A DNA stretch of 64,000 nucleotides, taken from an uncultured Bacteroidia bacterium. GTDB taxonomy: Bacteria > Bacteroidota > Bacteroidia > Bacteroidales > F082. The stretch lies in contig CACYHX010000002.1 of assembly GCA_902774365.1 (NCBI GenBank), positions 25,408 to 89,407 of the forward strand, given 5' to 3'. The notes beneath the pieces were generated by a model. The model had not been told where the DNA came from. It saw only the letters and a list, made by a program, of their open reading frames with translations, and did no database searches. The translations under genes were made by a program, and so were the position numbers. This document shows positions 28,001 through 36,451 of this stretch, one piece after another. Each line of letters opens with the position of its first letter. Within the stretch, counting starts at the first letter, position 1.

Positions 28001-31000
28001 CAACCGCCATACACAAAGCCAGTCACCTTGGCATTAGTGGACACTCCATCTCCTAACCCATTGGGTTTGTATATGTCGCGCAAATGCACCATACTGCCGA
28101 GGTTGTCATAACCATTATAGGAGAGGCTGCCCGTCATGGCACCCTCGTTGCAGCCGCCATAGATGGTGTGAGCCTGTCCCTTAAGCATGATGATGTCAGA
28201 CAAAATGTCCAAATCACCTTTGTTGTTGCCGCCAAAGATAGTACCGACCTGATTGTAGGCACTTTCACCCGTGGGCATATTAGCAACATTGATGAACACG
28301 GTGATACGGTCCAACACGGTAACGCCGTTGCCGCCGCCATACACCGTATTAATGTAACCGCCTACCCCATCTCCACCCGTTGCATCGATGTTGACGTCGA
28401 CGAAGGTGTTGGATTGGACGGGCTGGTCGGTAACGTCGCAGTATTCGTCTTCAGTATAAGTGTAGGCACCGTTGCCGCCGCCATACACTGTGTAGACTTT
28501 AGGTTTGCCGGTGATGCCCACGTAGGTCTTCACCCCGATGGTCTTCAAATTGGTTTGGCCATCGGAAGCCACATCATAACGGGCAGGCAGCACGCGGTTG
28601 GTGATTTGCGCCACCTGTCCCGCGCGGTCGTTGCCGCCGTAGAGGGCGCCGTTAGTATGCTCATCTCCGATATAGCCGATGCTACCGCCCGACACCTGCA
28701 CCGCATTGCTGCCAAAGACAGAGGCGCGGTTGCCGCCGCCATAGACACTGCCTTCCACAACGCCGCCATCCATCTGGACCGTGCAGAAGCCCATGAACGT
28801 AGGATAATCGTTCCCATTGGTGGTGGAATTAATGAAGCCAACGTATGCCATATTGCCACCTGCATAAACATTGCCTTTGACAGTAGCAAATGTTTCCGCA
28901 TCGACCTTACTCACCTTCACATGGGTTTCGTTGTGCGAAGGGATGTTTCTCCCGACATGGTATTGGCCAGGGGTGAAATTGAGGCCTTCGACGTATTTCA
29001 CACCGTCGTTGCAGTGGTAGTAGCCATTGCCGCCGGCGAAAAGGTTGCCATAGATGGTGCCTCCAGAGGCCTTCACGTAGGTGGCGCCCTGAACGGCCTG
29101 CTTGTGTTCGTCAGTCAAGGTTGTACCTTGAGGGAAAGTAAGCCTTGTGCTACCCACGTCGCCGCCGATGTTGCAGCCGCCATACACGGTGCCCACATGG
29201 CCGTTCTTGACTTCCACCCAAGTGCTGTAGGCCACATTACTCATCTGGCAACCGCCATAGAGGTAGTCGACCAACATGTTGGCGCTGTTCATCACCACAT
29301 GGGTACCATAGAAGATGGGAAGCTGATTGTCGCCAATGTAATCGGGTTCGAAGTCTGCAGCTATGGTATTCGCTGGTGCATCGGGGGTTTGTGCCAGCAT
29401 CTGACCCGAATTGCCGCCGCCATACACGGTGCCGACGCTGCCTCGCGTCAGGGTAATGGTCGGCAGGCCATTCATGTCGGCTCGGTTGTTGCCACCGAAG
29501 AGGGCGCGAACGTTGTAGATGCCTGTGCCGTCCCACGCATAGCTACCGTTGATCTCGCCGACATTATCTTCGTCCCAGCTGCTGACAGCTTCAGTGAAAG
29601 TCTTGGTACGTGGGCAGTTGACGAGCACATGGGCATCCCCCACGTCAGCCGCATTGCCGCCAGCGAAGACGGTGTCGCACATGCCGCCCGTGATGGCGAT
29701 GTCGGTCGTCAAGCCCACAACCTTGTTGCCACCGCCAAAGACGTAGCCGATACCGAAGTCGCGGCCCATGCCATCAGGATAACCGCTCGTTTGGGTCTTC
29801 GTGTCATTGACCTCGATATGATGCTTGCCCGCGGTTTGGTTGCCACCAAAGTTGTTGCCGCCAAACACAGCGAAGGCCGTGCCGCCATTGACGATGATGG
29901 AAGTGCCGTTGACATTAACATCGGCATTGGTGATAAAGGCGTTCTTGGCGCCGCCAAAGATGGAGTCGACCTTGACGACGTTGGTAACCATTGTGATGTC
30001 CGTCTTGGTGATGGTGGGCACGGCCAAGGTGTAATCAGCACCTGTCGTGTTTTCCCATACCACCTCGCCCACCGTGTGCGAACGTGTCATGGCCCTGACT
30101 GTTCCATTTGGTGAAACAGTAAAGGAAGTATGATCGTCATCAGCGGCCACGAAAGTGGAGCCGTCGTAGGCATAATAGCCGTTGCCGCCGCCATACACAT
30201 CGCCAATCCTGACTTTAGTAGAGGGTTGGCTGCTATTATAGGTCGCTGCATCAGGGTCAGTGCCGGTCACGCCCAACTTAATGGTTGAGCCGTAAACGCT
30301 TGGGGTATCGCCATCGTAGCCCAGCACCGCGCCAGCGATGTCGTTGCCGCCATACACTGCGCCGATGCTATCGGTGTTGATGATGACCACCTCGGTCTTG
30401 CCACGCACGTCGGCCATACGGCCGCCGCCAAACACCGCGCCACCAATCACGGCCGTGGGTTGGTGAAGGGTCGTGAATTGTAGCGGTTCAGGCTCATCGG
30501 AAGCACAAGAAGAAGCCTTGACCTTGTAGTCGTATGTTGTTTCGTGTTCCAATCCTGTAAGGGTGTAGGATGTGACATCGCCCACCGTTTGTGAAGTCCA
30601 TGTCGTGGCATCCGACTTTTTCCACGAAACGACGTAACTCTCTGCGGTCTGTGTCCACGAAATGGTGACACTCTCGTAAGTGACACTGGCCGAGAACGAC
30701 GGGTTTTGGCAAGGCGTTTTCACCGTTACCTGGGCCGATGTGGTTTGGGTGGAACCGTCAGGATAAGTGACGGTAAGTGTCAAAGTGGCTATCTTGTGAC
30801 CATCATTGTTTTCGATACGATAGTACAAAGTCGGTGTGGCCGAAGTGCTTGAATGGACCATGTCCGTATTCGTGAACGAGAGGTAGTCCGCGCCTTCGCC
30901 CGAGATGGACCAGCTGTAGGTCCACTGGGACGGGTCAGAGCCACTCTGAACGGCCTGTGCAGCAGTAGGAGCATCTGTATTTGAGCTACCGTAGGGATAA

Positions 31001-31836
31001 TAGTAGGTATGGTGCGTAATCGTCGGAGCATCGCCTGGCGTAGTCACTTCATCGAAGTCATATTTGTTATAGGCCGGAATGTAACTGAACGGCACTCCAG
31101 TGAAAGACGCGGCAAGAGGATGACTGCTTGGATAGTCCATTGCGAAGCCATCCAGGGCGTTCAAACCGCCTGTACCAACGATTTCCATGGAAAACGATTC
31201 GATCGTCACCAAGCGGAAACGACCAGCGTTTTCCGTAATGCCATACGAATGAACGTCTGATAGGCTCCAATTGTTGCCATCATATTCTACCCAATACACT
31301 TCCCAGCATTGGCCGTCTTCCCAGTCATAATCACAATCGTCATCTGATAAAACGCCGTTATATTGATGACCACGGGCCACACCTGCGCCCTCGGGATAGT
31401 TATCGTAGTCCCAGTCATAGAAATAATAGTTATGGTCAGTATTGTTGAGGAGGTAAATAGGTGGCTGCGCGTCGGAAAGCCCTAACGAGCCTCCTGCCGC
31501 CAATGTCGCGGAAAGGAAGCGGTATTGGTTGGCGTCGTCGATGAAATAATAGTTGTGGTTGGTGCCCGAAAGGTTGATCTCGCGGCCCGAATACCAGAGG
31601 CAGTCGGGGCTGAACGTGGTGGCATCCTGAAGCACATAGTGGCCGTCCACTTTCACGTGCGCCAGATAGTGTTCGCCACCTTGGCCGCCGTAATTCGTCC
31701 TTTTGATAACAAACTGCCCGTCCGATTGCGCCCAAGCGTTCCCCGCCATGGCGAAGAACAAGAGGCAGCAAGCGGCCAAACGCATTGCCTTTGTTATATT
31801 GACATTGTATTTCATTTTCGTTTCAGTTTTTTTCAT
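25033..31836 (-). CDS. Giant (about 2,267 aa) secreted repeat protein: N-terminal domain, FN3 domain, the same YGGG repeat array, and three C-terminal InlB-B-repeat-like (Listeria-Bacteroides repeat) domains
   Basis: The ORF runs to 31914, but ATG at 31836 (MKKTETKMKYNVNITKAMRLAACCLLFFAMAGNAWAQ) gives a signal peptide and removes the overlap with the upstream gene. FN3-like segment SVTISWTQTAESYVVSWKKSDATTWTSQTVGDVTSYTLTGLEHETTYDYKVKA (nt about 30480-30720). The C-terminus has three repeats of the pattern G(Y/F).F..WT..G.G......TTF.MGT.DA..T (nt about 25033-25900). No T9SS CTD was recognised. Confidence 0.85.
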   Translation of the reverse strand: MKKTETKMKYNVNITKAMRLAACCLLFFAMAGNAWAQSDGQFVIKRTNYGGQGGEHYLAHVKVDGHYVLQDATTFSPDCLWYSGREINLSGTNHNYYFIDDANQYRFLSATLAAGGSLGLSDAQPPIYLLNNTDHNYYFYDWDYDNYPEGAGVARGHQYNGVLSDDDCDYDWEDGQCWEVYWVEYDGNNWSLSDVHSYGITENAGRFRLVTIESFSMEIVGTGGLNALDGFAMDYPSSHPLAASFTGVPFSYIPAYNKYDFDEVTTPGDAPTITHHTYYYPYGSSNTDAPTAAQAVQSGSDPSQWTYSWSISGEGADYLSFTNTDMVHSSTSATPTLYYRIENNDGHKIATLTLTVTYPDGSTQTTSAQVTVKTPCQNPSFSASVTYESVTISWTQTAESYVVSWKKSDATTWTSQTVGDVTSYTLTGLEHETTYDYKVKASSCASDEPEPLQFTTLHQPTAVIGGAVFGGGRMADVRGKTEVVIINTDSIGAVYGGNDIAGAVLGYDGDTPSVYGSTIKLGVTGTDPDAATYNSSQPSTKVRIGDVYGGGNGYYAYDGSTFVAADDDHTSFTVSPNGTVRAMTRSHTVGEVVWENTTGADYTLAVPTITKTDITMVTNVVKVDSIFGGAKNAFITNADVNVNGTSIIVNGGTAFAVFGGNNFGGNQTAGKHHIEVNDTKTQTSGYPDGMGRDFGIGYVFGGGNKVVGLTTDIAITGGMCDTVFAGGNAADVGDAHVLVNCPRTKTFTEAVSSWDEDNVGEINGSYAWDGTGIYNVRALFGGNNRADMNGLPTITLTRGSVGTVYGGGNSGQMLAQTPDAPANTIAADFEPDYIGDNQLPIFYGTHVVMNSANMLVDYLYGGCQMSNVAYSTWVEVKNGHVGTVYGGCNIGGDVGSTRLTFPQGTTLTDEHKQAVQGATYVKASGGTIYGNLFAGGNGYYHCNDGVKYVEGLNFTPGQYHVGRNIPSHNETHVKVSKVDAETFATVKGNVYAGGNMAYVGFINSTTNGNDYPTFMGFCTVQMDGGVVEGSVYGGGNRASVFGSNAVQVSGGSIGYIGDEHTNGALYGGNDRAGQVAQITNRVLPARYDVASDGQTNLKTIGVKTYVGITGKPKVYTVYGGGNGAYTYTEDEYCDVTDQPVQSNTFVDVNIDATGGDGVGGYINTVYGGGNGVTVLDRITVFINVANMPTGESAYNQVGTIFGGNNKGDLDILSDIIMLKGQAHTIYGGCNEGAMTGSLSYNGYDNLGSMVHLRDIYKPNGLGDGVSTNAKVTGFVYGGCRSNGVSNNTLVLVDGGEHPATFFGGSDVSGVVGGTTQVIVTGGSTGDVFGGGNGSYEYSGGVTPPYCYQTDVQALGGICTGDVFGGGLAGPCGKTYVTIDGGTVAGSAFGGGDAGVSGETHVTIDDGAVRGSVFGGGNEAGVLFVENESTGNSTIVMNGGSVGTGVFGGCNAVGAIDHNVQITFNGGVVGSELTPADIHGGGYGAPTTVGGDVNITFGSLESGDVASEYPKLYGDLYGGSAFGSVNSSELNTTTVTILNGTVNGNVYGGGLGDINDYSKGWVNGVVHVIVGGENAGTYFGKATFNGRLIDGVNKGTSIFGGNNTNGSPQTNVYVDVYQTNHDALNMYDYTGPDRTYAIYQVFGGGNKANYAPENNNQHSEKVTHVYIHGCENTIEEVFGGSNAAHAISTHTVVDGGRFNYIFGGGNGIVAASNVGVYPEIHQTYSQIKGGHVGFCFGGSNRLGNCINIVQDLETGGVCGELVIDNLFNGGNNADQVGEMELNLTCADQKNYLTAYGGCRLGTVYGNITVNVTGGIIGTLYGGCQGDAGYAAHVKRYDADHYPNGHPELIGTGGNITVNVYGGAIGNLFGGCDRNGNVEGKITVKVEERNTGCALFVGNVYGGSNATDYTPLVATGVSPQVSIIKGTIGGTFDFDGNGSIQENERYEGNVFGGGNEGKVTSNPKVIVGVSTNDTPVHILGDVYGGGNHGNVEGASEVIIVPDSHQLTISQNDASAPQYGSNVIRVTDGQGQLVNSGASIDEYANLQLEAIPSIYGGKFNGWTLTGTGAGIANNFLPTTFFTMGTTDASITGTFGAATTHSLTVNTPSHCSITVKDGQGNTVDLNRRISEGAVLQLEVTVETGYLLDRWTVNGGAVVTNLTSTTTSFIMGTADAVISVMLVPAHILTINTPQPSNGGSITVTDVQGQHVSSGTYIREGAVLNLVASPATGFAFGEWTVTGSGSVHESHSASTTFTMGTANATLTPTFVNE

Positions 31837-31852
31837 TTCTTCGTCTCCTTCC

Positions 31853-34800
31853 TCAATTACCCGGTGTTGTTGTTTCGGAATCTGTACTCGTGTTTGATCC
31901 GTTACTTTGTCCATTCACCACCACTTTGGTGTTGCCTCTCACCTCGGCCATATTGCCACCGCCATAGATGTTGCCGAGCACCTTGGTGCGTCCCAAGATT
32001 TCGACCAATGTGTTGCTAAGCGACTTGCTCTCGTTGCCACCGCCAAACACATTGCCATTTACCGTGGTATTGCCCTTGAGCGTAATCTTGATGTTGCCCG
32101 TCACGTTGCCGAGGTCGCTCATGGTGATGTCCTCACTGGTATAGAATATATGGTTTGTAGCATCAGCTGTGTTCTGTTGCTGCTGCGTACCCTGCTCCCA
32201 AGTGAAGGTTTCAGGTTCTACCGTACCAAAATCGGAAAAGATGCTCGTTTCGGCTTTAAACACTGACAATGTAGGTGCTGTTGTGGGATAGACGGGTACT
32301 TCGTTGGCCGATGCCTTATATCCTCCGCCAAAGGCACTGCCAAGCACGGTGCAGTCTGTCAGCGTCGAGGTCACGGTGCCATCCACCATTCCTTGACATC
32401 CAGCGCCATAGAAACTATGTAGGATGGTGCAGTTGTCCAACACATTGGTGACTGTTCCTGTAGTGGCCAATGAGAACGAGGCATAGCCAGTATAGAAACG
32501 GGCAACGCCGTTATGTCCTCTCGAGTGCATGATGAATTCAAACTTGTAGCAATTGCCTAAGCCATAGTTGGCTTTATAGCGCAAACGTCCTTCAACATCT
32601 GAATCGCTGTCACTATCCAAATAGTGATCAGCGAAGTATCCGGCAGGATAATTAAGTGTGGCTTGAAGAGCGATATTGCCATCTTCATCATTGGTATAGG
32701 TAGTGGCCGTGCCGCCGAAGCCAGCACCATAATACTCGCCAAAGGTGGTGTTCTTGGCGTGTGTGGTGACGGTCTTGCCTGTCGACATATCGCCAAACTC
32801 AGGGCCGCCGCAGTAGAAATCGACCCTACTGTTGTCGATGGTGACATTGATGTCGCCAGTAATAGGCGCTTTCGAGGTGGTTCCTCCGCCAAAGAAGCGA
32901 CCGATGATGGCATGGTCGATCTTGGCCGTCATGTTCACGTGACCATCACTGCTACTGGTTTCTCGGGGTTTTTCCATGTATGCCGCAAGGAACTTGTGGA
33001 TCTTGCCTCCAGCACACCAGAAAAAGATGTCGGGGCCGTATGCGGTTCCCTTTCCGTATCCTGTCATGAAGCATTGCTCAATCTCGCCACCCGTCACATT
33101 GACGGGGACCAGGGTATTCGCATGATTATTTGCACTATGGTTGCCTGGATAGAATTCCTTCACGTATGCCTTGCCACCTAACTGGTAATATTGCAGCTTT
33201 GTGCATGGATTTAGACGGCTGCGCACCATTTGGGTGAAATACCCTCCGTTGATGATGCAGCGGTAGTTGCGCAGGTCGCTTGCGCTCGTGTTGAAATTGT
33301 ATGAATCAATCTCAAACTGGTTGGCAAACATGAGAGCGGTTTCCGTAATCTCGAACCATCCGCGAGGCTTCCAAATGGGTGTGTTGGGATAGAAACGAGT
33401 TCCCGTGACATGCGCCGACATACCCAACGGGATGAAAGCCACAAAGTCGAAGCGCATGGGCGGTACTTTGGGACGGTCTTGGGTGTTGTTGGAGTAAACG
33501 GCGTAGTCAGGTTCCTGGTTGTTGTCAGCATCGATGCTCATGATGGTATATCCTTTCGACGTCAGGTTCTCCAAACTCTCATCATCCCGATGGTAGTTGC
33601 CCACCAATACAACAGCTTGGGCATGGGTGGTACCAGAAGCACTCATCGCACCAAGAGCCGCCATCACGGTTTTATAAACCGTCTTACCGTGATAAGTGGA
33701 CGGCGTGCTACCTGCAAGAGGGGTGCGGGTCACGTAACCGGAAACCGAAGTACCCCCTGGCTTATCTTTTTCGTATGCTATATCATAGCTCTCGTCGCAC
33801 AAATAGAAGGCATTGGCGAAGTTGGCCTCAATGGTGATGGCTGTCACGCCGTAAGGCACGATATAGTTGCCGCCTTGGGCGAAGATGAAGCCGGTGGTAC
33901 TGTAGAGGTCCTTGGTGGTACATTTGCGGTCGGACACGTTGTAATGCTCAAAGGTGCCTGGCGTTCCACCTGTAATGCTGGTAATCTTCCAACCTGTACA
34001 AATCTTGTCATAGTCGGTGTTCACCTCAAACTCGTTGGCGAAAGGCAACACCACCTTACCCCAAGTATAGTCGTAGTTGTCTTCGTCCATGTCAGTGATG
34101 GGAAGGCTCTGGTTGGAGTATGTGTTACTGCCAATCTTCACAGTGACATTGAGATAGCCGTTGGTGCCCATCTCGGTAAGGATGTTGCTCGGCGTGGGAG
34201 CATCGAGCACTTTTCTGGTGTTGTTTGGCCAAGGTTCAATGATGGGATAATCAGCCACATCTTTTTTCAGCGCCCAGTGGCCTATTTCGGCAATGTCGTC
34301 GGCAGAAATGTCGCCCACATTGTTGCAGTTCACTCCGCCAAACAAGAAGAAGGCGGCCATCTCGCGGTGGGTGTTGAGGATATGGGTGTAGAACGGGAAG
34401 CGCGTCAGGAAGTCGTCCTTGTCGATGGCCATTTGGTCGTTGTAGGCAGTGTATTGCAACCCCGAGCGATAGCGCCAATAGTTGTATTCGGTGAAGTTCA
34501 TCACATTGTTGACATGGTTGCCGCCATACACGGGCGAGATGTTGGTCGCGCCCGTCACGTTGCCGTACATCATGCAAAGGGCGATGCGCACATGGCCAAC
34601 GGTTCTGTCGGAAGCCACAGTGCCTTCGTTCTTGCCCACAATGCCTGCGGCATAGCTGCTGCCGCTCACGTTGGCAAAGTTGTAGCAGTTGACCACGCGC
34701 ACCGATGAACCTGACTCAATCAGTCCGACAAGGCCACCTGTGTTGGTGCCTCCGCTGACGCTGCCCGCCTGGATGCCGCAGTTGTAAATCTTGGTGCCGC

Positions 34801-36208
34801 CCTTTGCCGTGTTGACGATGGCGCCAACATTGCCGCTGCCGCTGTATGTAACGCTACTGACGACCACATTCTTGATTATGGCATCTTCGGCCACGCCTAC
34901 CAACGCATGGCCATTGAGGGCGAAGGCATGGTAACAGCCGTCGATTTGGCCTCTGAATGGGGCTTCAGCCGTGCCGATAGGTGCCGAAGAGGTGAACCCT
35001 TCGAGAAGAACGTAGTGACCATTCATATTAGTGATATCACTTGACGAGCTGACTTCCACCGCTGGATAGTAGTACGACTCATTGGACATAAGGTAGCCAA
35101 GTTTTGTGGCGACGGCCCTGATGACATCCACTCCCTCAGCACTAAAGGGGTTAACATACGGAATTGAAGAAGTCGTCGCCTGTGAGCCATTGGTGGTGTA
35201 AAATATCGAAGCTCCGGCTGTGGCACAGGTGATGGTGGCGACATTGTTGTTGACCGTGATGATAGGTCTTGCACAAACGGGAATTTCGTAGGTGCTCACT
35301 GCTGTGGGGAAATAATCAGAGGCACTCTTGGCGATGGCTTTGATGACGGTGATGGTCTCTGTCAACGTGATGGGTGTAGAGTATTCCGGCGAGGACATCG
35401 TAGGCGTTGTTCCATCCGTGGTGTAATAGATGGTGGCTCCTGAAGCCGCCGTAATGGTAATAGTCCCATCGAAATTGTTGGTGATGGTCGGAGCGGCGAC
35501 GGTGGCAGGCTCGAGGTAGAACTTGGCATTGGCATCATCCTGGGTATATATGCCTATAATACCAGCAGTGTTCGCATAACCTGTGGGGCCTCCCGTCTTG
35601 CCCGATTCGCCTTTAAGGGATTGTTTGTTTCCGCCATTGACGGTAAACCATTTATTATTTCCATTTATGCCAGCCGACGAAACAATCCGGATAGTCAGGT
35701 ATGTGGAAAAAGGTTCTATGGCAAACAGTGCTTTGTCATCGAGATCACCAGAAACTGCTTCAAGGTGTACACGCATACGATTGACATCAGCCGTGCGAAT
35801 TTGGCCATTGGAAAGTATATATTTTCCAGTGCTGGTTTGCTTGATGTAATAATAATCAGAATTAGGAGCTTTTTCGATGGTCCATATTGCCTTCCTTTCA
35901 TCGTAACTGCTTGTTCCTCTGCATTGATACGTGGTGAGGAAAGGATTCCCATTGTCAGTGCCCGTAAAGTCATCGTCTGGAGCATAATAGCACCAGCCTT
36001 CCGTGGGGCAAAGGTAGTAGTTGATGGCAGGTGTACTTGAATTATAACCAACACTGCCGATATAATACACACCCGAATAATCAGTCTGTCCCCATGCCCA
36101 AAACGGGGCGAGGAAAAGCACGGCCAAAGCCAAGAGTCTGACTTGTCTTCCAAAACTATATGAAATCACTTGCTTAGTCATAATCTTTATTTTATTCATT
36201 ATCAACAT
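31853..36208 (-). CDS. Giant (1,451 aa) secreted protein: two chitobiase/hexosaminidase-C-like (CHB_HEX_C) modules, a GLUG-like region, a large unknown core, and a terminal YGGG repeat
   Basis: Signal peptide ...RLLALAVLFLAPFWAWGQ. ITAASGATIYYTTDGTTPTMSSPEYSTPI and ITCATAGASIFYTTNGSQATTSS match the CHB_HEX_C_1 pattern. TGGLVGLIESGSSVRVVNCYNFANVSGSSYAAGIVG is GLUG-like. The C-terminus ...NVFGGGNESKSLSNTLVEILGRTKVLGNIYGGGNMAEVRGNTKVVV shares the repeat of the next two genes. Confidence 0.85.
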   Translation of the reverse strand: MLIMNKIKIMTKQVISYSFGRQVRLLALAVLFLAPFWAWGQTDYSGVYYIGSVGYNSSTPAINYYLCPTEGWCYYAPDDDFTGTDNGNPFLTTYQCRGTSSYDERKAIWTIEKAPNSDYYYIKQTSTGKYILSNGQIRTADVNRMRVHLEAVSGDLDDKALFAIEPFSTYLTIRIVSSAGINGNNKWFTVNGGNKQSLKGESGKTGGPTGYANTAGIIGIYTQDDANAKFYLEPATVAAPTITNNFDGTITITAASGATIYYTTDGTTPTMSSPEYSTPITLTETITVIKAIAKSASDYFPTAVSTYEIPVCARPIITVNNNVATITCATAGASIFYTTNGSQATTSSIPYVNPFSAEGVDVIRAVATKLGYLMSNESYYYPAVEVSSSSDITNMNGHYVLLEGFTSSAPIGTAEAPFRGQIDGCYHAFALNGHALVGVAEDAIIKNVVVSSVTYSGSGNVGAIVNTAKGGTKIYNCGIQAGSVSGGTNTGGLVGLIESGSSVRVVNCYNFANVSGSSYAAGIVGKNEGTVASDRTVGHVRIALCMMYGNVTGATNISPVYGGNHVNNVMNFTEYNYWRYRSGLQYTAYNDQMAIDKDDFLTRFPFYTHILNTHREMAAFFLFGGVNCNNVGDISADDIAEIGHWALKKDVADYPIIEPWPNNTRKVLDAPTPSNILTEMGTNGYLNVTVKIGSNTYSNQSLPITDMDEDNYDYTWGKVVLPFANEFEVNTDYDKICTGWKITSITGGTPGTFEHYNVSDRKCTTKDLYSTTGFIFAQGGNYIVPYGVTAITIEANFANAFYLCDESYDIAYEKDKPGGTSVSGYVTRTPLAGSTPSTYHGKTVYKTVMAALGAMSASGTTHAQAVVLVGNYHRDDESLENLTSKGYTIMSIDADNNQEPDYAVYSNNTQDRPKVPPMRFDFVAFIPLGMSAHVTGTRFYPNTPIWKPRGWFEITETALMFANQFEIDSYNFNTSASDLRNYRCIINGGYFTQMVRSRLNPCTKLQYYQLGGKAYVKEFYPGNHSANNHANTLVPVNVTGGEIEQCFMTGYGKGTAYGPDIFFWCAGGKIHKFLAAYMEKPRETSSSDGHVNMTAKIDHAIIGRFFGGGTTSKAPITGDINVTIDNSRVDFYCGGPEFGDMSTGKTVTTHAKNTTFGEYYGAGFGGTATTYTNDEDGNIALQATLNYPAGYFADHYLDSDSDSDVEGRLRYKANYGLGNCYKFEFIMHSRGHNGVARFYTGYASFSLATTGTVTNVLDNCTILHSFYGAGCQGMVDGTVTSTLTDCTVLGSAFGGGYKASANEVPVYPTTAPTLSVFKAETSIFSDFGTVEPETFTWEQGTQQQQNTADATNHIFYTSEDITMSDLGNVTGNIKITLKGNTTVNGNVFGGGNESKSLSNTLVEILGRTKVLGNIYGGGNMAEVRGNTKVVVNGQSNGSNTSTDSETTTPGN

Positions 36209-36257
36209 TATAAATATAGTGAAACACCCTTGCGGGGTGCTATTATCAAAAAACGTG

Positions 36258-36265
36258 CAAAAATA
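36258..36265 (-). promoter_or_regulatory. Candidate -7 box (TATTTTTG on the minus strand) for the giant operon
   Basis: Plus-strand CAAAAATA lies about 50 nt upstream of ATG36208. The -33 element is poor (CTTG). A short hairpin CACCC-TTGC-GGGGTG (about 36225-36240) lies in the predicted 5' UTR. Confidence 0.25.
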
Positions 36266-36451
36266 CGCATTTTTCCTTGATTTTACAAGGGTTTCCGAAG
36301 ATTTTTCCTGATTTTTGCAGGATGGTATAAGAAACTGAAAATCAGTTAATTAAAAAACTTACAAAACATTAATGCAAAGTTTCTTAATTATTAAAAATTA
36401 ACAAGGAAAAGAAGGGAAAGTAGACATGCACGTCGAGCGTTCAGGATTTAG

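Noticed and set aside
10770-36153. Many long plus-strand ORFs antisense to the giant genes, e.g. 28084-30114 (676 aa), 17012-18250 (412 aa), 33410-34708 (432 aa), 25912-26970 (352 aa), 21932-22852 (306 aa)
   Set aside because: They lie entirely within, and antisense to, uninterrupted giant ORFs with coherent repeat and domain structure. Their translations are low-complexity (A/V/G/H/D-rich) mirror images of GGN/GCC-rich sense codons, which rarely produce stop codons on the opposite strand. They have no motifs and no independent start context.
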